From a virus, in IMG/VR virus record IMGVR_UViG_3300042549_007727: a DNA stretch of 64,000 nt; one strand, given 5' to 3'. How positions within the stretch are numbered: position 1 is the stretch's first letter; each line of letters starts with the position of its first letter. Made by a program: the position numbers and the translations under genes. The notes beneath the pieces are model-generated. The model did not search any database. It was not told the DNA's origin and saw only the letters and a program-made list of their open reading frames with translations. Positions 55,449-64,000 of the stretch are shown here, in pieces.

Positions 55449-56215
55449 TGGCAAATGCAGTTGATCGCAGTTTAACAATTATGGTTTATGGCGAATCAAA
55501 GGTTGGCAAGTCCAGCTTTGCTGTAACAGCCCCATACCCACGCCTCATGCTAGACGTTGAAGGTGGACATCGTTTCCTACCTATCAACGTAAAGTATTGG
55601 GATCCGCTAACTGAGGAGCCACCTCAAGCTGATGGAACTTGGGACACTGTTGTGGTCCAAGTCCGTGAATATGACGTAGTCATAAAGGCTTTTCAGTGGC
55701 TTCAGTCAGGTAAGCACCAGTTCAAGTCCTTAATTATCGACTCAATCTCTGAGTTGCAGGTTAAGTGCATGGACAACATTGCAGGAACCGAACAAATGAA
55801 GATGCAACAGTGGGGCGAACTACTTCGCCACATGGGTGCACTACTTCGTGACCTTCGTGACTTGACAATGCACCCGACCCAGCCTCTCGAGGCTGTAATA
55901 CTGACTGCTATGGCACGTAAGGGTCAGGATGGCGTATACCGTCCTTACCTACAGGGTCAGCTAGCAATTCAGGCACCGTATTTCTACGACATCCTGGGAG
56001 CTATCACGGTAGAGACAATGCCGAACCCAGATCCGCTACAGCAACCATTCCAAGTACGCCGCATGTATGTTGAGCGCACTCCGGAATATGAAGCTGGAGA
56101 GCGTGTTCAGGGCCGTCTAGGAAAAATAGTAGAGCAAGGCGACCTAGGTGTAGAACGCATGCTCGATAAGGTCTTTGGAGAAAAGACTGCAACAACAAGC
56201 AAGAAATCAAGTTAA
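55448..56215 (+). CDS. AAA_24 / Sak4-like recombination ATPase
   Basis: YGESKVGKS, LDVEGG, IIDSISE; between exonuclease and SSB. Confidence 0.8.
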   Translation: MANAVDRSLTIMVYGESKVGKSSFAVTAPYPRLMLDVEGGHRFLPINVKYWDPLTEEPPQADGTWDTVVVQVREYDVVIKAFQWLQSGKHQFKSLIIDSISELQVKCMDNIAGTEQMKMQQWGELLRHMGALLRDLRDLTMHPTQPLEAVILTAMARKGQDGVYRPYLQGQLAIQAPYFYDILGAITVETMPNPDPLQQPFQVRRMYVERTPEYEAGERVQGRLGKIVEQGDLGVERMLDKVFGEKTATTSKKSS

Positions 56216-56231
56216 GGAGATATAAAGCCAT

Positions 56232-56750
56232 ATGAGCACAACAAACTGGGCAGAGCTGATCAAGAAATCAGGCGATGTCGCGTCAAACACAAACTACGAG
56301 CCACTGCCAGACGGTGACTACGAGTTAAAGATAGTTAAGGTTGAAGCAGTTGTAACATCAACTGGTAAGCCTATGTTTAAGGTAACTAATGAAGTACAAG
56401 GTGGTCCGTACGCTAACCGCAAGGTTTGGGACAATCTAGTTGTTACCCACGACAACCCGAAGGCAATGGACATGTTCTTTATGAAGGTTATTGCCATGGG
56501 CCTTACCAAGCCCTTCTTCGAGTCTAACCCTACCGATGCTCAGATTGAGCAGGCACTAACTGGTAGGACTTTCCGTGCAAATATCGGACTAAGAACCTAT
56601 GAGGGTAAGGACAGTAACGAGATCAAGAAGTACTTCCCTGGACAGGCGGCTGCAACTGCACCGTCTACTGGCGGAGCTGCAGTACCACCACCACCACCAG
56701 CGCCACCAGCAGCACCAGTATCTCCAGTAAGTTCCGAAACACCGTTCTAA
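56232..56750 (+). CDS. single-stranded DNA-binding protein (DUF669-like)
   Basis: PLPDGDY...GKPM...GPYANRKVWD; Pro-rich tail ending PF. Confidence 0.8.
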   Translation: MSTTNWAELIKKSGDVASNTNYEPLPDGDYELKIVKVEAVVTSTGKPMFKVTNEVQGGPYANRKVWDNLVVTHDNPKAMDMFFMKVIAMGLTKPFFESNPTDAQIEQALTGRTFRANIGLRTYEGKDSNEIKKYFPGQAAATAPSTGGAAVPPPPPAPPAAPVSPVSSETPF

Positions 56751-56760
56751 ACATATAACT

Positions 56761-56793
56761 AAGCGGGGCATCTAATTGGTGCCCCGCTTTTTT
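56761..56793 (+). terminator. intrinsic terminator
   Basis: AAGCGGGGCA / TGCCCCGCTT + T tract. Confidence 0.85.
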
Positions 56794-56807
56794 AGTTAGA
56801 GGCAGAG

Positions 56808-57821
56808 ATGAAAATTTTATTCACAGGCATGGCGTCGTCCCACTGCTCACCCATAGACAACGTAAGTTTCTTTAGTACAGTAGCTAAAGCTGTAGAAACA
56901 ACCTCGGAAGTCGTTTGGGATACGCCTAAAATTTCATGGACAAAAGACGAGTTAGATAGTTTTGATCTAATATTTTTTGGTTTTATACCTCCCACTGCTT
57001 TAAGCGCAAATAAGATATATGGCGCTATGCATGTACTTGGTCTAATGTTTGACTCACCTAAATTAAGACTCGTGGTTGATGGACATCAAGTTTGGCAGTA
57101 TAAAAACAGTATTGAGATGGTTAAAAGAGACGTTTCAAGTCTGTTTAGTAGTTTTTATTCAAAGAGGGCAGAATACTCTTCTGCTAAAGACCCCTCTAAC
57201 AGGGACTATATAGATCTTGCTTCAAAATATTTTGCTTCTGAGGTGTGGCCAATAACTTACTACCCAAAGCTGCCTTGGACATCCCACGAAAAGGCCGTTG
57301 CTTCTTTGGGCTTCGGCACTAAGGAAAGATTTGTTGGAGTCTCTCTTGACTCTATATTGATAAATCCTGAACCTTACAGTATGTCTACTAGAGGAGATTT
57401 TTGGTCGGTGGACAACCACAAAAGTGTGTGGCTAAAAAAGCTAGAGCCATCTATAAGACGCCCAGTCTACCCACTAAAGCCTGGCAGACTTTTGACTGAT
57501 AAGGAAGCTATAACCTCCATGCGAGAGTCTCTGGGACTAATTATTGCTCCCCAAGACCGCGGTGTAGGGTCTTGGTGGTCCTATAGATATATTCAAGCCC
57601 TAAACTCAAACACACCTGTGGCCACCAACTGGATAGACGCGGCCGGCTACAGCGAATCCTGGTCGCATCTGGCTTATCAGATCGAAGACATGGACTATAG
57701 CCAAAGGCTGTTAGTTGCAAAAAATCAGCTAGAATCGTACCAAGCTTCTTTACAAGATAAAAAACAGACAATTGATGCCTTTATGGCAGGTATACTAGAA
57801 TTAGATTCGGAGAGGATTTAA
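56808..57821 (+). CDS. putative glycosyltransferase-like protein (GT-B fold?)
   Basis: MKILFTG N-terminus, WW..RY.QAL...TPV C-terminal pattern; weak call. Confidence 0.4.
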   Translation: MKILFTGMASSHCSPIDNVSFFSTVAKAVETTSEVVWDTPKISWTKDELDSFDLIFFGFIPPTALSANKIYGAMHVLGLMFDSPKLRLVVDGHQVWQYKNSIEMVKRDVSSLFSSFYSKRAEYSSAKDPSNRDYIDLASKYFASEVWPITYYPKLPWTSHEKAVASLGFGTKERFVGVSLDSILINPEPYSMSTRGDFWSVDNHKSVWLKKLEPSIRRPVYPLKPGRLLTDKEAITSMRESLGLIIAPQDRGVGSWWSYRYIQALNSNTPVATNWIDAAGYSESWSHLAYQIEDMDYSQRLLVAKNQLESYQASLQDKKQTIDAFMAGILELDSERI

Positions 57822-58259
57822 ATGCCAGAACTAAACCACGAGTGGGTAAAGCAGCAGCTGGAAGCTGCAAAGGTTAAGGTTGGGTCAGCGAAGGCCACCC
57901 TTAAATTGCTAAGCACCTGGGAAGAGCTGCCAGCCCTATCCCCTGCAATACTAAAAGAAGTTTTAGACATATTCCCAAAGCTAGTCAGAGGAACACCTTT
58001 AACTGAAGAAGAGTCGGAAGAGGACTACTACTGGGACGATCTACAGCCAGGAAATATTACCGTAGGCGATGTAGTTCGAGTTAAGCAAGATGCGTTTATG
58101 GAGAAGCTAGGAACAATACACAATGGCAGGCGTGGCAGTGTTGTTGGCGTAAGATATGGTGACGTAATCTTCAACGACACTGATGGAAAAAATCCGCCGC
58201 TTAAGGGCGTTCACTACTCTCCGTACAAATTAGAAAAGCGACTTAGAAAGGCCAACTAG
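57822..58259 (+). CDS. hypothetical protein with SH3/KOW-like C-terminus
   Basis: VGDVVRV...HNGRRG.VVGVRYGD. Confidence 0.65.
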   Translation: MPELNHEWVKQQLEAAKVKVGSAKATLKLLSTWEELPALSPAILKEVLDIFPKLVRGTPLTEEESEEDYYWDDLQPGNITVGDVVRVKQDAFMEKLGTIHNGRRGSVVGVRYGDVIFNDTDGKNPPLKGVHYSPYKLEKRLRKAN

Positions 58260-58507
58260 TGAGAACTAGTTTTGAGCTAAAAATAATTGCAGCTAATCTA
58301 GAAGAAGCAAAGCAAACTGCCATAGAGGAGATTGCTGCTTTTCTTCGCATAAAACAAGAGGAAGTCTTGGATCAAGTAAGCATAGAGCTTAAAGTCTCAT
58401 ACGCTGAAGCAAAGACTAGAGAAGAAATTGCTGAAGAAGTGGACAAGATGGACTTCGTTGTGACAGTTTTTGCATCAGTAAAACAGAGTGTTGTAAAGCC
58501 TTTTTAG
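58259..58507 (+). CDS. hypothetical protein
   Basis: Coupled GTG start. Confidence 0.6.
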   Translation: MRTSFELKIIAANLEEAKQTAIEEIAAFLRIKQEEVLDQVSIELKVSYAEAKTREEIAEEVDKMDFVVTVFASVKQSVVKPF

Positions 58508-58570
58508 CTTTATTTGACTTTTTGCTTAATGCTAGGTATAGTCTAAGTAGCTTTCTGAAAGGAACTATTT

Positions 58571-59059
58571 ATGCAGACATTTGTGCCAATTACCGACTCG
58601 TTTGAAGATATCGCAAAAGTGCTAGACAACAAGCGACTTAATAAGCAAGCCTTAGAGGGCTGGCAAATTCTTATGAACTTGCTACAGCTCGATCCTCAGG
58701 GGCAACACAGAATCTCTAAAGGGTGGTCAAACCATCCGGCTGTAAAAATGTGGAGGGGTCACGAGACGGCGCTCTACTTATATATACAAGCTATGGTAGC
58801 CGAGTGGAAAAAGCGTGGCTACAAATCCACTATTGGTGATAAAGCAAAAGCCACTATGTCTACTGCTTTAAAGCTGGGCTTACTGCCAGACACGGCTTGC
58901 AACCCTTTTTGGATTTCATCTAATGAGACATTTTCTGAGATTGCTGCTAGCCACCGCTTGGCCCTTCTCAGTAAAGACTATGAGTGGTATTCGCAGTTTA
59001 AGTGGCCGGAAGATCGTGGAGTTCGACCAGAAACCTATGAATATGTCTGGCCAGTTTAA
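58571..59059 (+). CDS. MSMEG_6728-family / pyrimidine-dimer DNA glycosylase-like protein
   Basis: MQTF.P...LD.KRL.KQ..E..QI; W.NHPAVKMWRG; SH...LL.KD..WY; YVWP. Confidence 0.8.
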   Translation: MQTFVPITDSFEDIAKVLDNKRLNKQALEGWQILMNLLQLDPQGQHRISKGWSNHPAVKMWRGHETALYLYIQAMVAEWKKRGYKSTIGDKAKATMSTALKLGLLPDTACNPFWISSNETFSEIAASHRLALLSKDYEWYSQFKWPEDRGVRPETYEYVWPV

Positions 59060-59107
59060 TTTGTAATTTACGGTATAGTACATAAAACTTGACTTTAGAA
59101 TCTTAAT

Positions 59108-59455
59108 ATGAAAGATTCTAGAGCCGGTGAGTCCCTTTGGTCATTGTGGGAGGGCGAAGGCTACGTTAGTGAGCTTGGTAGCCACATTGTGTACTATACC
59201 GAAGGTCATGTAGATGTTGATCACGAAGTTGTCGGAAAAGCATTAGCCTCCGTCATACAAAGAGACGGCATTGTCTACTCACTATTTGAGGCTTATACAC
59301 TTATAGATAGCGGCGTCTCTTCCCAGGGGTGGGCAGGCTCTTTTACTGGTGAAATGTATCAAGAAGTCTGCGATGAGGGTGGCCTTACTTCCTACGGATC
59401 TTTGGTTGATAATTTAGTGCCTGTAACTTTTGTCGAGGTACCAAACTTTGTTTGA
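59108..59455 (+). CDS. hypothetical protein
   Basis: ATG 6 nt after TAGAAT (leaderless-like). Confidence 0.65.
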   Translation: MKDSRAGESLWSLWEGEGYVSELGSHIVYYTEGHVDVDHEVVGKALASVIQRDGIVYSLFEAYTLIDSGVSSQGWAGSFTGEMYQEVCDEGGLTSYGSLVDNLVPVTFVEVPNFV

Positions 59456-59918
59456 TTCTCAAGAGTGGCACGAAGATGCTGAATGTGCTAAACCAAAAAA
59501 TGCTGAATTTATAAATAATTTTTTTGCAAATAAACCTGCTCAACAACACCAAGCAAAAAAACTTTGTAGTATCTGTCCAGTTAAAAAAGAGTGCGCCCAA
59601 TGGGCTTTAAATGAAAAGCAGCTATGGGGTATCTGGGGTGGACTAAGCCCCGAGCAAATTAGACGAACTCTTTCTGTAAACTGGGAGGGTCAGGAGATGC
59701 GCCACAAACGTTTCCCACTCTGCCCAGGATGTAAAGCAAAAACTATGCACTTAGAGAGCTCTACTATTGATAGACCAGACGGTGGTCGCTGGTCCACAAT
59801 GAGAATTGTGACCTGTACTCAATGCAAATTTACTTGGCAGAGTAGAACAAGCGCCAACGCGGTTGACGCCTACTTTGCATTAGAAGCTAAGAAGCAACAG
59901 CAGCGAGATAATAAGTAA
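59448..59918 (+). CDS. whiB: WhiB-family transcription factor with C-terminal Zn ribbon
   Basis: W...A.C...FF...AK.LC..CPV..EC...AL...GIWGG; extra CPGC/CTQC. Confidence 0.88.
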   Translation: MFDSQEWHEDAECAKPKNAEFINNFFANKPAQQHQAKKLCSICPVKKECAQWALNEKQLWGIWGGLSPEQIRRTLSVNWEGQEMRHKRFPLCPGCKAKTMHLESSTIDRPDGGRWSTMRIVTCTQCKFTWQSRTSANAVDAYFALEAKKQQQRDNK

Positions 59919-60954
59919 GATTATTAGCTAAGCGCTGCTCAGACGGTGAAAGACTTACAGCTATTTTTCCATACTCCAGAGCCAGTTCGTATTTTTTAAG
60001 ATTGTATGCGGCTAGTGCTGCTAAATCATATGGATTAGAGTTCCATGCAAATTCCTCGCATAGATAGTCCAAGGGCTTTTCTTTTATGCTTAGAGCTTGC
60101 TCTGCCGCCAGCAAGGACTGCTCCCAATTGGCAGAGTCATGGAATACCTGAGCCAGCTCAACTAGAGCTTCGCGCCTGCCTGGGGCCTGAGCTATTGCCT
60201 TATCTAACCATTCGACAGCATTCTTTCGGTCTATCTTGGCGATATATCTCATGGAGGCCGCTCTTTCAGGTGGCCAGGTGGCCCTAGGCAGCTCTAAATG
60301 CCTCTTAAACTCGCTCAGCGCCTCATTGAAGCGTCCGTAAAAAAAGAGCTCTCTGGCATAGTAGAAGGCATTTCTGTCGTCTTCAGGGCCCTCCTGGACC
60401 GCCTGAGCCAGTAGTGGGAGGTATTGGGATCTAGGCTTAGAATCGTCTGCATGGTGGTGTATCTCTAGCCCCACCCATTTTTGGACTTCTTTAGTTTCAC
60501 CGTATGCAATCAAAACTTCGTGGACTGGGTGCTTCCACATATAGCCAAATCTAGAGTGAATTTTGTCTCCACCGTATTGCAATCCGGGGATTGTTCTTTC
60601 TGCATCTTTCCAGTTCCAGGTGTATTGATATCTAGGTCTGGTGGCTTTTTCGTCAAAAGCTTTTTGTAGCTCGTCTCTCCACCCAGGGAGTAGAACCTCG
60701 TCCATATCTAAAGCAATGCAATAATCTATATCTGCCGGTAGGGCTGCTAGTGAAGCATTTCTAGCCACGTCAAATCTCCAAGGCTTTACTGTCACATTTA
60801 CTACATTTACCCCTAAAGATTTTGCTAGCGCTACAGTCTTGTCGGTTGATCCTGTGTCTGCAATCAAAAGATAGTCTGCATCTTTGGCACTCTCAGCCCA
60901 GGGAGCAACAAACTGCTCTTCGTTTAGAGCAATAGTATAGACAGCAACTTTCAT
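59887..60954 (-). CDS. GT2 glycosyltransferase with TPR repeats
   Basis: IADTGSTD, FDVARN, LDMDE, W..PVHE, TPR-like C-terminus. Confidence 0.85.
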   Translation of the reverse strand: MKVAVYTIALNEEQFVAPWAESAKDADYLLIADTGSTDKTVALAKSLGVNVVNVTVKPWRFDVARNASLAALPADIDYCIALDMDEVLLPGWRDELQKAFDEKATRPRYQYTWNWKDAERTIPGLQYGGDKIHSRFGYMWKHPVHEVLIAYGETKEVQKWVGLEIHHHADDSKPRSQYLPLLAQAVQEGPEDDRNAFYYARELFFYGRFNEALSEFKRHLELPRATWPPERAASMRYIAKIDRKNAVEWLDKAIAQAPGRREALVELAQVFHDSANWEQSLLAAEQALSIKEKPLDYLCEEFAWNSNPYDLAALAAYNLKKYELALEYGKIAVSLSPSEQRLANNLTYYLAAVAS

Positions 60955-60956
60955 AT

Positions 60957-62180
60957 TTATCTCACTGCCAAAACACTTATAAATTCTCTTGGCTCAAAGT
61001 CTCCGCCAAGAACCATAGTGAGAAGTCCTGGCTTTGACTCCATTCCAGCACGATCACGGAACCATTCGCTTCCGGGGTCTGTGGTTGGAGCCTGAACCCA
61101 AAGACGAGTACCAATGTCCATAGTTCTGAAGTTGTGGAAGTGTCCTGACACCCAGACGTCTGCCAAACCAAGAGCAGTCTGTCCTGCTGCCTGCTGTGAG
61201 ATGTAGCGTAGTGTGTTGTTCTGTCCAGCCTGGTGTCCGTGGAACAGTCCAAGCATAGTTCCTTTAATATCTACAGTTAGTGTCTGATGCCCAACTGATG
61301 GATATCTAAACTCTATGTGCTGTAGTGCAGGATTTTCTGCGCAAATGTCTTGAACTGCAGATGCAATCTCTACGTTCCATCCATCTGATGGATCTGTCAC
61401 AACTTGTCTGGTTGCCTCGTCGTGGTTTCCATTTATGACTGGAACAATCATGTGCTCTGCTAGAGGTGCCAAAGCTTTAATCTGAGCTAGAAGTAGTCTC
61501 CTAGCAACTCGTACCTGCTCGGTTATTCCGAGGTCGGAGGCTGCTTGTCCTTGGAGTCTTCCGTTTTGGCTGGTAATTCCCTCCACGTGATCACCCGGTA
61601 ACGCCAGACAAATTGTTCCAAGAGAAAGGCCCATCTTTTTATAAGCTTCAAATCTATGCACCGCCGATTCTGTTAGTTGGAGAATTCGACCTATCGATTG
61701 AGCCGTACCCTCGCCGTTTGCTTTCTTACCTATTTGTTGATCGCTTGGGACTACTGTGAACGCGCCGTTTCCAGTTGATGTTTTTACACCTTTTGCTGGA
61801 CGCCACTTTTTCATTTCATCTAAAAGCTGCTCTACATCTAAAGAGTCTAAACCAACTGAGGATGATGGTATTAGGTTGACTCGTATTGACTCTAAATATT
61901 CACCGTCAAACTTTTGCCACTTGCCTCTACGAAGAGAAGATACCGCCCACTCTGCCGGATCTAAACCAAAATCTTTTATAACTTCATTTGCATCGAAGTT
62001 AGAGCCTTCTGCACGAGGCGATGAAATTAGATAGCCACCCTTGCCGCTATCTATGTCCATTCTTGGACGCCAGTCTTCGGGGACTCCGAGCTTCTTATAG
62101 TCAGACCCTGAGGTCCCAGGATTACGTAGCTCTTCTAATTTGTCAGCTAAGCTCAACTTATTTTTCCTAATCGTCGGCAA
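60957..62180 (-). CDS. calcineurin-like metallophosphoesterase
   Basis: SDQQ, GDHVE, GNHD, HGH, GHFH motifs. Confidence 0.85.
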   Translation of the reverse strand: MPTIRKNKLSLADKLEELRNPGTSGSDYKKLGVPEDWRPRMDIDSGKGGYLISSPRAEGSNFDANEVIKDFGLDPAEWAVSSLRRGKWQKFDGEYLESIRVNLIPSSSVGLDSLDVEQLLDEMKKWRPAKGVKTSTGNGAFTVVPSDQQIGKKANGEGTAQSIGRILQLTESAVHRFEAYKKMGLSLGTICLALPGDHVEGITSQNGRLQGQAASDLGITEQVRVARRLLLAQIKALAPLAEHMIVPVINGNHDEATRQVVTDPSDGWNVEIASAVQDICAENPALQHIEFRYPSVGHQTLTVDIKGTMLGLFHGHQAGQNNTLRYISQQAAGQTALGLADVWVSGHFHNFRTMDIGTRLWVQAPTTDPGSEWFRDRAGMESKPGLLTMVLGGDFEPREFISVLAVR

Positions 62181-62434
62181 GAGCAGTTGCCCCCGCGATG
62201 TCTACTTATGGCACTTGCACTTACGTCATAGCCTTCACTCCTCAGGAGGTCAGCTAGTGTTTGATGGGGAATATATCTATGGTCTTCGCGATTAGTGAGA
62301 TTAATTACTTCAGCTAGGGCGTCTCTATCTTTTTTAGATAGCCCCTGATCAGAGGTAATAGAGGCGAACTTACAAGTAGTGAGGTCGCTTATATACTTCT
62401 GAGAGGCGGTAGCTAGCTTGTCTGCTAATGGCAT
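62153..62434 (-). CDS. small HTH-like protein
   Basis: LADLLRSEGYDVSASAISRHR..C.C. Confidence 0.6.
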   Translation of the reverse strand: MPLADKLATASQKYISDLTTCKFASITSDQGLSKKDRDALAEVINLTNREDHRYIPHQTLADLLRSEGYDVSASAISRHRGGNCSCRRLGKIS

Positions 62435-62485
62435 AATTTCTCCTAGGGTTAAACCTTAGGTTTATGCTACTACATGTTTTGTAGT

Positions 62486-62866
62486 TTAGCTAGCCTTTTT
62501 AGACTTAGACACGCGCTTTTTTAAAAGCGGTTTTTCGGCTGCAGGGAGTAGGTTTTCTGGGACAGAGTTTGGGACCGAAGAGTTACTGATCCCTAGAGTT
62601 AAATTTTTAATGAAGTCAATCTCTGTAGACACCTTGATTACGTGCTTTTCAATATTATTAACACGATCTGCTAGGGAGCTGCCGCCGTTTTCCCATAGCT
62701 GATGCTCAACTTTATCTAGTCTATCTGATATAGTTCTACCGTTCTTGTCTACACCGATAGCGGCGTCTATTCGCTTAGCAAGTTTATATGATGAAAAGAC
62801 TGCACCAAAGATTACGGTTAAAGCACCAAAAATGCTTGCAATTGTTATAATGATGTCTGTAGCCAT
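62486..62866 (-). CDS. single-TM membrane protein (possible lysis accessory)
   Basis: N-terminal TM, NGGSSLADRV coiled coil. Confidence 0.55.
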   Translation of the reverse strand: MATDIIITIASIFGALTVIFGAVFSSYKLAKRIDAAIGVDKNGRTISDRLDKVEHQLWENGGSSLADRVNNIEKHVIKVSTEIDFIKNLTLGISNSSVPNSVPENLLPAAEKPLLKKRVSKSKKAS

Positions 62867-63056
62867 AGACTATGCTAGATTCCTATAAAGTTGAGCTTAA
62901 TTATTAACTAGTTTACCCTAATATGATTGATGCTATTTAAATACCTGTGTCTACCAATAAATTAGTGGCAAATTATTCGTTTCTTGGTTTGCATTCAAGA
63001 CTATTCTGTGTATGATGTTCTTACTGGTGTTCTTAATGACGTAAAGGTTTAAATAA

Positions 63057-64000
63057 ATGGAAGAAGTAGATTCCGCTACTGGAAGGCTAAAAAATGGAGC
63101 CTTATGGTACGCCAATAATGGCTGGAAAATACTTCCTGTACATGGAATTGTAGATGGCAAATGTACTTGCGGACGCCCTCATTCTGAACCCAAAGATATT
63201 GGTAAACACCCAGCTATAAATGCGTGGGACACCAAAGCTACCTCAGATCAAAATGAAATTAGTTCTTGGTGGGAAACTAATCCTGAGTACAATATCGGAG
63301 TTTTTGCCAGAGAGTCTGGCTTCCTAGTAATTGACATCGACCCACGAAACGGTGGAGACGAGTCATTCTTAAAACTTGAAGCACTGGCATCTGGTGCGCT
63401 ACCAAAAACTGTAGAAGCTGTCACCGGTGTATACAACGTAAACGGAAAATCAGTAAGAGGTAGGCACTTAATCTACAAGTGCAAGCCAGGTGAAAAGTTT
63501 ATCGGCAACTTTAAAAAAGCTGGACTTGACGGTATAGATGTAAAGTACAACGGATACATTCTTATAGCCCCATCTAGACATTTTTCTGGTGTCAACTACT
63601 ACTGGAAAGAGGGGCACGCTCCTTGGCAAATTGGAGAACCTGCTGAAGCACCAGAAGAACTACTTGCCGTTATTAGGGCTTCGAGTCCAAGTAGCAGCTA
63701 CACGGGTGGATCTAGTAGATATAAAGATGGCAACTGGGGGGCTTTTAAAGATCTAGAGTATGACGGCTCTAAGGTCGACATTGAAAAAATTCTTGGTGAG
63801 GGTCTTGTCGAAGGTGAACGCGCTGTTGAGATTTACAAACTAGCCTGTGCGCTAGCAAACAAAATGGGCACTGACTCGATCTCAAGGAGCGCTATCGAGT
63901 CAATGATGATTCGATTCAATGCAGAAAAAGTAAAGCCACCTATGGAGTTAGAGGGACCTAACTCGCTGCTTATGCACGTTAATAGAGCAATGGATTTTGT
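63057..64000 (+). CDS. bifunctional DNA primase/polymerase (prim-pol), 3'-partial
   Basis: A..YA..GW.ILP...CTC...GKHP...WW...P.YNIG...VIDID..NGG...GRHL.Y; not in ORF track because it runs off the window. Confidence 0.85.
   Translation, partial: MEEVDSATGRLKNGALWYANNGWKILPVHGIVDGKCTCGRPHSEPKDIGKHPAINAWDTKATSDQNEISSWWETNPEYNIGVFARESGFLVIDIDPRNGGDESFLKLEALASGALPKTVEAVTGVYNVNGKSVRGRHLIYKCKPGEKFIGNFKKAGLDGIDVKYNGYILIAPSRHFSGVNYYWKEGHAPWQIGEPAEAPEELLAVIRASSPSSSYTGGSSRYKDGNWGAFKDLEYDGSKVDIEKILGEGLVEGERAVEIYKLACALANKMGTDSISRSAIESMMIRFNAEKVKPPMELEGPNSLLMHVNRAMDF

Overview
64 kb of a tailed dsDNA (siphovirus-type) phage, most likely infecting an Actinobacterium: it encodes WhiB, a ClgR-like HTH, an MSMEG_6728-family protein and an actinophage-type head module. 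Three zones. (1) 1-12.6 kb is an early/accessory zone: a MoxR-type AAA + vWA pair, then 13 self-contained expression units, each built as [terminator hairpin]-GTATCCACTTTTT-[promoter]-[G-rich RBS]-1 to 4 small genes. The 13-mer sits at helically phased distances from the -10 element, and the zone is almost free of most 4-bp palindromes. (2) 12.6-13.3 kb is a non-coding boundary rich in C tracts. (3) 13.3-64 kb is the core: HTH regulators, NlpC/P60, terminase, portal, Dps, large head proteins, capsid, tail, then PolA, RuvC-like, SNF2 helicase, PD-(D/E)XK nuclease, Sak4-like ATPase, SSB, glycosyltransferases, WhiB and a partial prim-pol. A probable -1 ribosomal frameshift at 25755-25782 joins a 1036-aa head-module protein to a zincin + GNAT effector-like extension, and a look-alike signal lies in the protease polyprotein gene. 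All calls were made by eye from motifs and synteny; no database searches were run.
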